A stretch of 33,303 nucleotides of DNA from Raillietiella orientalis (lineage: Eukaryota). The translations under genes were made by a program, and so were the position numbers. Location of the stretch: NCBI GenBank assembly GCA_036172245.1, contig JAYWIR010000195.1:1-33303 (forward strand), given 5' to 3'. The notes below the pieces were generated by a model. It was not told where the DNA came from, did no database searches, and saw nothing but the letters and a program-made list of their open reading frames with translations. This document shows positions 1-11,058 of this stretch, piece by piece; position 1 is the stretch's first letter; each line of letters starts with the position of its first letter.

Positions 1-2138
1 TTGATCGCCGGACTGTGGGCTCCGCGTCTGGGGCAGGTGGCCAATTCCATAATTAGCCCGGAGCAGACTTACGCTGTTCCCGGGCGAAGTATGGAGGCCA
101 ACCTTTTCTTCGCGAGCACATGGTTTCATGTGCAGAGTAGTCAAGAAAAGGAAGAGAGAAGGATTGGCAGCCCCGCTTTGTGGGCGTCAGCCGGGCAGGG
201 ACAGGACTCCCAGGTGGGGAAGGGAGCCCTAGCGATCGCAGTCGATCTGCATAAAGCGTTTGACTGCGTGGACCAGGATCTCCTGCTGGAGCTCCTGGGA
301 CGCATGGTCTTCCCTCCCTCCCTACTGACCTACCTGCGCTCTTGCTGGCGCAGCGTGCTAATCAATATCTCTTTCAGAGGTCAAATGGCGTACGGCTTGC
401 CGGTACGGCGGGGCATACATCAGGGTGACAGCCTCAGTCCCCTGCTCTTTAGCACCTACTTTGATCTGGTGCTGAGAGCGTACAGTTGACTTTGGCCCCC
501 TTGCCGAGCTTGTGCCCCGGCACGCCCGCCGTAGCAGCGTACTCCGACGATCTTTTACTCTTGTTACCGATGTCCACCCCGGCTTCGGCGGTCCAGAAGT
601 TCTTCGACCTGCTGAATCGAGGAACCGGACTTACGGTAAACAGGGCGAAGTCGACGGTGGTGTCAGTCGGTTCGGCGCAGGCTGGGCAGCAGGACTGGGT
701 CCGCTTGGGGTTTCCCACGGCGAGGTGCTTGAAGAATTTTGGTGTGCCGTTGGGGGACTACTCCTCTGCGGAATCGTGGTCCGGCTGCCACCAGAAATTA
801 GAGACGGCGATCGGCCCGTTCCTGGAAGGCAAGTTACACTTGCCAGAACGGGCCGCGGTATGGAACTTGTTCGCGGCTCCTATCCTCCGCCCCCTGCTTT
901 TTGTTTGCCATGTCCCCAGAGAGTTGAAAAAACGGACGAAGGACCTCCTGAGAATTGCCCTTTGGGGAAGAGGGAGGCGCCGACTCCCGTTGAAGGACTT
1001 GTGTGCTCCACGTCGGGATGGCGGTCTCTGCCTCTTGACGATGGAGCGAGTAGAGATTCAGCTGCGGTGGCGAACCCTCGCCATCGCAGCGAAGTTATGG
1101 AGCACCCCTTGGTGCGTTCCGGCCCGACTCCTTGCCAGCCGTGTATCCGGAACGGAGGGTCTCGCGTCCTATCTTCTGTGCCGTGGCAGGAAGATCAAGA
1201 GATGCGGACTTCTCCTGGGACGCATGGCAACTCTGGCTAAGGAAAACGGCTGGATGGTATGCAGCCCCGCCAACTCCTCCGCATGGCTGGAGGAGACAGC
1301 TGGCACGTGGGCGAAGATTAATGAAAAGAATGAAGAGATGTGGAACTGCCTGCGACGCGGCGCCTATTCCCGCTGCACTCTGCGGAAGATACTCCAGTGT
1401 CCCGCGAGAAGCACGTGGGCAGAGACAACCCCCCTAGCTACGGCGATGCCCTTCCTGAGGAGGGCGCTCTCCAGCAGCCGCAAGCCTAGGTGGCAAGTCT
1501 CCTGCCGCATCGCAGGCAAGGAGAAGTTGATCAGCGGCTGGTCCACGGGTGAACTGGCGGACGCCAGTACCCCTAGTGTCCAGCCGAGAGGACTGCAGAG
1601 ATGGGGCGAGCTACTCGGCATCCAGCCGGATGACCTGAAGTGGCCCCCGGTATTAATTGGATCTAGGATCCTCCCCCTGAAGTGGCAGGAGTCGGCGCTT
1701 CTGTTGTTGCATTGGGGTCTACCCTGCAACGCACGCCGCCACCACTGGACCAGGGGTCGAGTAGATCCTACCTGCATCAGGTGTGGGGAACGGGAAACTC
1801 TCCCCCACCTCCTTGTTGATTGTGCTGCCCTCCGACCCCTGTGGGAACGTCTTCGTGCCTCCCTACGGATCCAGGAGGGCAGCCAGCCCAGAGACGTTTT
1901 TCGGCTTCTGTTCGTGCATGATGCCCTGCGTCCAGCCGCTACCCTGGCTGCACTTTGCTGCGTACGCGGGATTGTGACGTGCTGGAGCAACGTCGGAAGA
2001 CCGAGCCACGACAGGGATGCCGTCGTACTTGCAGTCCGCTACCTGCGGATTGTGACCAGATGGCCCCACCTGGGAATTATACGGACGGACCTCGAAGGCA
2101 TCCTGCGAAGGATGGACCCTCCTCCCAGTGGTCAGTGA
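1..2138 (+). pseudogene. ORF2 reverse transcriptase, C-terminal two-thirds, one frameshift near 485
   Basis: ORFs 1..489 and 486..2138 carry consecutive RT motifs in different frames. Confidence 0.9.
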
Positions 2139-2343
2139 TCCCCCCCAACCCTCCCAAATCTTTTTGTTTTTATGTTTTATTTTTCTTTTTGTTTTTTCCC
2201 CCACCCCCTTCCGCTGCCGAGGAGAGTCGCGCCGGTCTGCGTACCGGCGACCCGGCAGGTCCAGTTGAGTTGGCCGTAGTGGGGCCTCGTACCACGAATC
2301 AAAGAGAATTTTTAATAAACGCCCCGGCGTGACCGGGTGGCAA
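1..2343 (+). mobile_element. L1/Tx1-like LINE copy A: RT, thumb, C-terminal CCHC and 3' UTR (runs off the window's 5' edge)
   Basis: RT motifs DLHKAFD, GIHQGDSLSPLLF and YSDD; CIRCGERETLPHLLVDC zinc motif; stop at 2138; U-rich 3' UTR; AATAAA at 2314-2319 followed by the terminal hairpin. Confidence 0.95.
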
Positions 2344-4440
2344 CTATCAACTTGGCATCCGCATTCACTATTGTGATGGGACGCCAGTTGTTCATGCTCC
2401 TCAGATCTCCTCCCTTAGGGAGAAGCCGCACCTTTGCCGAACGAAACGAGGCGGGAACGTCACCTGTCTCGCGTATCAGCAAGGTGAGTTGATGTACCAC
2501 GGGGGTTGGCTCAGCCGCGAAAGTTTGATAAAACTTTGCGGACAGGCCGTCCTCCCCTGGAGCCTTTCGCCTCTTGAGCTTTCGGATGGCCGAGATGAAC
2601 TCGCCCATCGTGAAAGACTCGTCGAGGGACTTTTTCTCCTCTTCCCCGATCGCAGTAACGCCTACCGGAAGCAGGATTCCTGAGAAATCCCGCTCGGGAG
2701 GCGTTCTTGCGTACAGGGAGGAGTGAAAACGCCGCAGCAGGCCGCGGATCTGAGCAAGTGCCGAGTGCTCCCGGCCCTGATCGTCCAGCAAGCTGGCCGA
2801 TCCTGACTGCCAGGCTTGCCTCGCGGCTCCCGCTTTGTATTCCGCCAGCCTGCGGATGTCGGGGGTCCTGGCGTAACGGCAAGCCTGCAGATAGGCTCGT
2901 TCGTTACGTACCCCGTCCACAAATCCCGAAGGTAGGCGGTGCCGAGGGAACTGGTCGCAGAACTCCTGGACCGACCGTCTGAAGCGGTCCCAATCCTGAA
3001 GTGTCTGTATCCTAAAGCTCCGTATAAACGTGCGGAGATGTTCCGTCGCGTCCGGGAGCTTCAGCCAGTCCCCTGGCAAACGCCACGCTGACGAGGGGGG
3101 GCACCTGTCGCGCGGATGGATTTCAATCACGATTGGTCGATGGTCGGACAACTCGCACGGCAACTTGCAGCGCCTGCCCACACGAGTGCACAGGTGCTCG
3201 TCAAGGAACACGTGATCGATGTTGTCCTCCATCCCTGGTACACTGGCCAACAAATTACAAGTGTGCACCGCCGCGCACACCTCGTTGACCAGGTCACGCT
3301 CGTGATTCGGCCCATCCGGTTTCAGACGAACGTTAAAATCGCCTGCAACCAGATGGGCATTCCGCACGCCTGCCTCGGTCAATCAGTCGCGATGGAGGGC
3401 AAGGAAAAATTCTTTCCTGGCCCTCCTGTTCGTCAGGTCCGCTCCGCTCGGGGCGTAAACGTTCGTTACGATCAGGTCGATCGAGTCGGACCAGCTGAGA
3501 GTCAGCTGGCCGACACGACCGTGATCGTCGGACCGAACTCCACGGGCGGCGGCCTCGATGGCGGGCCGAAGCAGGTAGGCGACACCACAACTTCTCGATG
3601 TTCCACACCGATACCACAGCCGCCCTTCGTAGATGCGTTCGATCTCCTGCGCTTGTTCTGCAGAGATCACATGGATCTTCTGCAGCAGTCCAAGGTCGAA
3701 CGATCCTAGAATGGCGGCCATGTTTCGTCTCCTGCCGGCGTCTGTCATCCCGTTCACGTTGCAAACGGCGATGTGCATACGACGGCGGGAGGAGATTCCC
3801 GGCATTACTGCCGGGAAGATGACGGTGTGGGGGAACCCGCCTCTTCCGAGGCGGGTGAGATGACCATTAGGGTTTCAGCCTCCTTAGGCACCTTGGGTAC
3901 CTTTCCGGCTTCAACCCCCTCCATCTCCTCCGTGTCTGTGCGTGGTGGTCTCTCAGGTGACGATTCGCAAGATTCTCCCACGCTCATGGCACCTTCGCAG
4001 TCGGAAGTCATCTCCACGCCTTCGACCTAGAGAGTGGCTTTCCAAGGTTTGCTGGACTTCCTTCCAGCCTTCCGGCGGGGTGCCGCGGAGATGGAAACTT
4101 GGTTTCCGGCCTGCGCTTCGGGGTCGGAAGTTACCGACTCCTCGGTGGAGGCCGGACGCCTCACTGCCTTTTTGCCAGCCTTGGAGGGGTCTGGCTGCAA
4201 CGATGCAGCCAGCTCCTCTGCCGCACGCTCGAAGGCGGCGTCATCGATCACGGTCTCGATGACGGACGCTTCCGCCGGTTCGCTCCCCACGCTGTTGACA
4301 TTTTCAACAGTGGGTTGCTCGTCGGTAGCAGCGATTTCTACCTTGCGGCGTTCGGCGGAAACGCGTTCCACGACGACGCTGCATTCTTTTGAATTCTCGC
4401 TAACCTGCTGTTTTTTATTTTGGTAGGCGAGCCTTTTTTA
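2344..4440 (-). mobile_element. LINE copy B: ORF1 C-terminus + ORF2 APE endonuclease, tower and RT N-terminus (truncated at NADAKLI)
   Basis: APE motifs CNVNG, NVYAP, GDFN, IDH, SDH; KAPGEDG and NWRPITIVNADAK RT motifs; in-frame stop at ~3383; TAATG overlap at 3803-3807. Confidence 0.93.
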
Positions 4441-4455
4441 AATTCGTCGTTCTAA

Positions 4456-6561
4456 GGCGTTTGAATGCGTCGAACAGGAACTCCTTTTGGAGCTCCTGGA
4501 ACGCGTGGGTTTCCCTGCCGTGCTCGAGTCCTACCTGCGCTCCTGCTGGCGCAACGCGTCTATTAATATTGGTTTCAGCGGCCGGTACGTGTACGGCGTG
4601 TCATTGCGCCGCGGCATCCGATAGGGTGACAGCCTGAGCCCCTTGCTCTTCAGCATCTACTTCCAGTTGGTTCTGAGGGCATACAGGGTAACTCTGGCAA
4701 CTCTGCCGAGCTCGTGAGCCGGCACACCTGCCATGTCGGCCTATGCAGACGATCTTCTGCTGCTGCTTCCCGAGTCTACCCCGGCGAGTGCGCTCGAGGA
4801 CTTCTCCGAGTTGCTGCGCCGCGGGACGGGCCTGGAGGTGAACTGGGCGAAATCGTCCATGGTCTTCGTCGGTTCGGCGTGGGCTGGACGGTCGGACTGG
4901 ATCCGCTTGGGGATCCCCATGGGCAGGTGCTTCAAGTACCTTGGCGTTCCGTTGGGGGACTTCTGCGCAGCAAAAGCCTGGTCCGTCCGTCTCCAAAAGG
5001 CAGCGTTGGCGATCGGTCCGTTCCAAGAAAGCAAGCTCTACTTGCAGGAACGGGCCGCAATGTGGAACGCGCTTGCGGCCCCCCTCCTTTGCCCCCTACT
5101 TTTTGTTTGACTTTCCCCTCATATCATCCAGACACGGAGCAAAGCCCTCTTGAGGACTGCCCTTTGGGGCACAGCGAGGTCGCAAGTCCGATTGACTTGT
5201 GCGCTCCACGCCGGGATGGTGGCTTGTGCCTCCTTACGTTGGGGCGCATGGAAGTGCAACTCCAGTTTAGGATTCTCGCCCTCGCGGCAGAACTGTGGGA
5301 CACGCCCTGGTGCATCCCAGCACGCCTCCTGGCCCAACGAGCCTGTGGATCCGGCGGACTTTTGTCGTTTCTGTCTGCGCTTGTCAACAAAAGAGCACAT
5401 TGTGGCTCTCACGTGCGACGCATGGCCGTTGCGGTTCGGGAGAACGCCTGGATCTCCTGCCTCCCAGGGAACTACTCTGCCTGGTTGCACGAGTCAGTCT
5501 CCACCTGGGAAAAGATCCACGTTCCGGCGGGCACAAGGAACACTTGCCTGAAAAGGCACGCCCGCTGGACGCTGCAGGAGATCGTGCAGTGGCACGACAA
5601 GCTTCTGTGGGCCTTGATAACCCCCCTCACTCCAGTGCTGCCCTTCCTTGTGAATGCCAGGGACAGTAGCGAGCAGGGGAAATGGACTGTGTCCTGCACC
5701 ATAGGCGGCAGGATACAATCGATAAAGGCGTGGACATCTCGGCAGCTAGCGGACGCTGCGACGCCGAGTGTCCCGCCCAACGGAATTCGACGCTGGGGCG
5801 AGCTACTCGGACTATCTTTGGAGGAGATAAAGTGGCCCCCAGCGTCCTGGAACAGTGCATCCCTCCCCCTGAAATGGCAGGATGTGGCGTTGCTTGTGGT
5901 ACTCTGGGGATTACCATTCAAAGCACGCCTGCATCACACCACCCGGGGGGCTGTGGATCCTAATTGTGACCGGTGTGGGGAAAAAGAAACATTCCTCCAC
6001 CTTCTCCTTGAGTGCAGCGCCCTCCGCCCTTTGTGGGATCGTCTCGCGGCGATCCTGGAATTGCGCGGATGCGGCCCAAAGGACGTTTTAAGGCGCTTCT
6101 TCTGTAGTGACCCCTTGTCCCCGCCCGCTAGTGTAGCAGTCTTATGCTGCATTAGAGGAATAGTGACGGCTTGGAACGCCACCAGATGAAGGCGTGAGCC
6201 AACCGGCAACGCCTTGAACTGGGCTCGCCTTTTCGCGCGCAGTGTCTGCAAGTGGCGCCACTTAGGCGCTGAAAGGACTCAGCTTGTCCGGATCCTGAAT
6301 AGGATCTAGAGGACCTGTCTACGCGCAACGTGATCCCTTCCCTGCCCTCCCACCCCTAAAACATTTGTTCCCCCCCCACATTTAAACTTTTTGTTTCTTT
6401 TTGTTTGTTATTTCCCATCCCAGCGCATCGGAAGGACCTCTCCGGCATGGAGCCGGCAACCAGCAAGCTGTTTTGGAGTGGTGAACCTTCGAGTTCGTCA
6501 CGCTACATTTCATGTATTTTTATTTCAAAGAAATAAATGCCCCGGCACATCCGGTTGTGAA
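4456..6561 (+). mobile_element. 5'-truncated LINE copy C (different subfamily): RT to 3' end
   Basis: KAFECV, YADD, KYLGVPL and CDRCGEKETFLHLLLEC motifs; stops and frameshifts; AATAAA at 6532-6537 + hairpin. Confidence 0.93.
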
Positions 6562-7600
6562 TCGCGACGGCGCGCGTCACCATGGACGACCGGAGGCTCA
6601 TGCCTTCGCAGATCCTCCTCGGTGACGTTGTCGTCTATCTCTGGTTTGCCGGGCAAACCCCTGCTTGCGGCAACTGCTGGAAGGAGGGCCACCGTCCGCG
6701 GAAATGCCCAACACGCACTTGCCGATACTGTAAGCTGCTCGGCTAGTCGATTAACGAGAGCGCCGAGCTAAAACGTAAGAGGAGGGCGAGAAACCTCCCC
6801 GCAACATCGCCGTCCGCGCCGCCTCCATCCGCCCCGTCGTCTGGGAAGAAATCCGGCGTGAGCGAGGTTCCGCAGCGGACAAGCACAAAGTCCGATCGTG
6901 AGGGCGCGTCTGGGAGCAATGCTTCACAAAAACCCGCGCTAAAGGACAAGAAGCCTCTCCAGGCTGCTTCAGTAAAGCGTCGAGCGACCCAGCCCGCCGA
7001 TAACATCGGGCAGGCTGCAAAACCACCACCGCTTCCGCCCGCTCTCGCTCCGGAGCGAAATAGCGGTGGCACTCCCGGGAAGTCCACTGGAGCGTCGAAA
7101 AAGGGGTCGCGCGCCCCTTTGCCCGCGACAGGCAAGCCGGCAACGGCGGGCAGAACGCCAGCAAAGGCTGAAAAGCCTCGCGCGACCTCCGAGAATCCCG
7201 CCACTCTGCCCGCATCTTCCGGTAAGGAGGTGCAAAAGGCAGACGTGGCGAAGGAGAAACTGGCCTCCATCGCCGTATCCGAGGCCTTGGAAAGGATGCG
7301 AAGGACCCTGGAAGCCCTCGCGCCCAACCGGGGCAAACAGGAAGGCGGCGAGGATGGCTGGACCTTCGTCGGGGTAAAGAAGGAGCGCAAACCGCGCGAT
7401 CCTTCCCACTTCCCGATTAAAATGGTAGGCGGGGTGAAGAGGCAGCCCCGCACGCCAAGGAAGGCGCAAGAAAAAGCCTCCGCTGCCGCCGCGTGCGCCG
7501 CCGCAAACACCCGCGGCGAGAGGGGAGCTGCCGAAGCCGTGACCCCGAAAGGGGGATCGGCGACGAAGGCACCCTCTAAGAAAGCTGGATCAGCTACGGG
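6562..7600 (+). mobile_element. LINE ORF1 fragment D with CCHC zinc knuckles and a basic low-complexity tail
   Basis: CGNCWKEGHRPRKC starting at 6666; decayed second knuckle CRYCKLLG*SINES; same frame as ORF 6858..7652. Confidence 0.85.
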
Positions 7601-7619
7601 TTGCCAGCGAAAAAAGAGC

Positions 7620-8545
7620 AGGCGACTGCTCCAAGTATTTCCACACCGTTAGTTGTGGTGTGTAGATGGATATGCTATTTGAAAAGACGGTCGTGTATGG
7701 CATCTCGCTAACGCCACAAACCATCGTCCCTTGAATACTGATCCCCTTCTGGATCAATCTATTCCTAATGTATTCACAGACCGTAAAGACCGTGAACCCG
7801 TTGTTGCTGGGAATGATCGCTTGAATACGATCAAAATCTATGTCTGCCTTGTCTAGAAACAGATATACCTCCCGGATATTGCTGAATTTGATCAATCTAG
7901 TCTTGAAAATAATGAGCTTCACCTCTGTCCCTAACTGGACGATAGGCCGATCTACCTTTTCGACTTTCCCCCTTAGGGGTTTGCCGAATTTCCTTGGTGA
8001 ATGGACACTGACTTGCCCCGCCGCCACCGTCGCGTACGAAAAGGACTTCACCGCCGCAGCCGAGCAAGATGGCGTCGCATCTTGCGCTCCCTGCACCGCG
8101 TGGACGCCCGCGGGTCCCACCTGGAAAGCCGCCGCGGGCGCAACCCTCGACGTTGCCGCCGTCGCCGCTGCGGGAGCGATCCTCGGCGTCAACGCCGAGG
8201 GCACGACCTCTACCGTGACCGCTGCGGGCGCGACACTTGGCATGGCCGCCGCCGGCGCAGCAAAGCTCGCCGCGGGCGCGATCCTCGGTATCGCCGCCGC
8301 CACTTCACCGTTGCCATACGTTACCTCCATCTGCATGGGGGACGTCGGCCTCTCCTCTCCTGCTGCTTCCTGCATCCTCGCGGCTGGTGCTGCTGCTGAG
8401 GAAGTATGCAGGTCTTCCGCGGTGATCTCTTCGGCGCTTCTTTTGTAGTTGTATGAGCAGATCCTACGCAGCACACTCTTGTGCACACTCACTTTCTTCT
8501 GGACACTTTCCCTCCTTGGGCACACACGATCACAATTAACTAACT
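7620..8545 (-). mobile_element. LINE 5' end E: 5' UTR + ORF1 N-terminus
   Basis: Ala/Pro repeats (PRIAPAA), SYATVAA motif typical of LINE ORF1 N-termini, then an RRM-like segment; ERPTSPMQME resembles the ORF1 start of copy L (ATG at 17068). Confidence 0.75.
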
Positions 8546-8569
8546 AACCGTCGTAGTGCGCGCAAAACA

Positions 8570-10160
8570 ATGAACCTCGAAGCCAGGTCACCGACTCGGG
8601 AACAGAGGAGCAATCTCCCGACTGCAAGATGGTGACTCCGCTGCCTCCTTTCAAACGCATGGCGAAAGCGACGCTCCTAGATGCGGTAGCGAAAACTCCG
8701 GAGGTTTTCGGGACGGAAGTCGCAAAAGTGTCCGAAAATCGTCACGGCGAATGGAAGGATGTGGAGAGGAGAGAAGAAAAAACTCCCAAGAAGGCTTCGC
8801 AACCTCCATCCGTTGACTGTTTGAAGGCAAAGAACAGCCGCGTGAACAAGAAAACACGAGCGGAGGGTTCTTCTGCCCTGGAAAAAGCCAGCGCCGTAAA
8901 CGCGTGCAAGTCCGCCTCTTTGACCGCCGAGAAGACGATTCCGGTGCGATCGGTCGGATGCAAGCGCACGTCGATCGTGCGAGCGTCAGACTCCGTATAG
9001 GGTTCCGATAACGCCACTGAACCACGTGTTACTCGCGCGGGAGCGAGCGCCCGCAGGGCTGAAGCCCTGAGGCGTGACACACTCGCCGCGGAAGGGCGAT
9101 TGCTCACCCCGGAACCCACAGGTTCTGCACCCGGGGAGGAGCACTCGATTACGCGCAGCATGGTGGAGGCCGGTGATGATCGCGCCCTCCAGACCGTCGT
9201 GCTGCTTACTGCCCGCTCCCCAGGTGAGGCGAGCACCACGGCCTCGCTTTCCCAGCCGTGATGAGGGTGATCGCGTCTTCTTGTCGTCTTGCCGTGGCGT
9301 GCTGGAACGTCAACGGTCTCCAACACGACGAGAAGAGGCGACTAGTTGCTAACGCTCTGCGTGCCTTCGACTTGACGCGCCTGCAGGAGATTCACAGCAT
9401 CTCCGAAGAGCAGGCTGCCGAAATCGAACGGCGTGCGGGCGGAGAGCTACATTACAGATGCGGCGTCGCTTTCCTCGTACGAAGAACTTTGGCGGGAGTG
9501 GTGCGCGGCGTTCGCTTCGACACGGAAGGCCGAGTGCGATAGCTTGTACTCAAGTAGTCAGACTCGATCGACCTTGTCGTAACGAACGTGTACGCGCCAA
9601 GCGGTGCCTGACAATGGGCCGAAAGGATTGAGTTCTTCGGCACCGTTCAGAGTAAGTGGCTCACTCTTTCTCACCCTACTGTGGCGCATCTCATTGCGGG
9701 AAACTCAATCGTCCACCTGCTGACCGAGAATAGCGCACACAAAAGGGAAAAGTTGCTAGTGGAAGAGATGTACGCGTCCGTGCACGCGTGCAACTTGTTC
9801 GCCAACGACCCTGTTATGGTGACATCATTGGACCATGTATTTCTCGATGAACACTTGCTCTCTCAAGTGTGTTGGAGAGGTCCCATGCCGTCCGTGCTTT
9901 CAGACCACAACAGGCTCAAGTTCCAGTTGCTCCCGCGAGGCAAGGGGCCTGCAAACTGTGTTTGGAGGATGCCTGCATACTGGTTAAGTCACCCGTTGGC
10001 GTCGCAGCATCTTTGCCAGTACCTCCGCGGCTTCGCCAGGTCAGGTCGCGTCAGGCATCGCTGCCTGATCGACCAGCGAACCACAAGACGCTAGCACTAG
10101 GGGAGACTTGCTGACACGAGGAGCACGGAGAAAACACGTCCGCCCTCGAGCGCATAAGGC
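8570..10160 (+). mobile_element. LINE fragment F: ORF1 C-terminus + decayed APE and tower
   Basis: TGATG at 9259-9263; CWNVNG, LQEIH, NVYAP, LDHVFLD and SDH motifs. Confidence 0.88.
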
Positions 10161-10164
10161 GTTC

Positions 10165-11058
10165 GATTTTAACCCGGATTTCGCTGAGCGCTTATTGTAA
10201 CAATGAACTTTAAGAAAGACGTGCAGTGGCTGGACCATTGCTCCAGCCACGCACGAAGAAACACAGAGCCTGCCGGGTCACCTGTTCGCATACCGGAACG
10301 GTCCACGACGGCAACAGGGGGAAGAGGGAAAAAAAACAAAAAAACAAAACAAAAAGAAAAGAAAAAGTGCGAGGGTACGGAAAGGGATCACTGTAGCTGG
10401 TGGGGCCGTTGCATCCTTTGGAGGATGCCGGCAAGCTCTATCTGTATTTGAGAATCCAGGTGGTGCCATCGCGACGCCTTCCTCAGAAATTGGAAGGCGC
10501 ACTGGATGGCATCCTGATCGCTTGGTCCTTCCGTAGCTGTGCTGCATGCGGCAACAATCCGGCGAAGGCAAAAGAAGGCTGCTATCGAGGCCGCTGGCCG
10601 GAGGGCGCCGGCAACGGAGAGCGCTTTTAAGGCGTCCCTGGGGTTGCCGCAGAAGATTCCGATGGCCGCGGCAAAGCGGAGCCAAAGGGGCCGAGAGGCA
10701 ACACAATCCACAAGCAGGTAGGGGAGGGACTCCCTTTTCCCACACCTGACGCAATAGTGGTCCACCGCTCCCCAGGTCCAGTAGTGTCGGCGGGCGTTGC
10801 AGGGGAGTCTTCAGTGCTGCAACAGGAATGCCGACTCCTCCCATTTCAAGTGGAGGATGGAGGTGTTCATAAGTACCGGGGGCCACTTCAGACGTTCAAT
10901 GGGAACGTCAAGCAGCGCTCCCCAGCGAAGAAGTCCATGGGAAGGCGCACTCGGGGTGGCAGCGTCAGTCAGCTGACCCGTCTTCCACTCTCCTATCTTC
11001 TTTTTTCCGGAGATTGTTACTGTAACCTCCCACTTTGCCGCAACATCGCTTTCCAGTT
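10165..11058 (-). mobile_element. 5'-truncated LINE 3' fragment G (left arm of fold-back)
   Basis: CVRCGKRESLPYLLVDC; 3' UTR and terminal hairpin on the minus strand (10167-10196). Confidence 0.92.

Noticed and set aside
2275..2300. cctcg loop reminiscent of the HDV-like ribozyme L3
   Set aside because: Not conserved in other copies (cctagt, ccttat, cctggt), and I could not build a P1/P1.1/P4 arrangement
1..2350. The window starts at ...LIAG, exactly where inverted copy B breaks off (DAKLI), suggesting one inverted element
   Set aside because: B resembles copy K more than the A/T subfamily, and the window edge hides the left junction, so this may be coincidence
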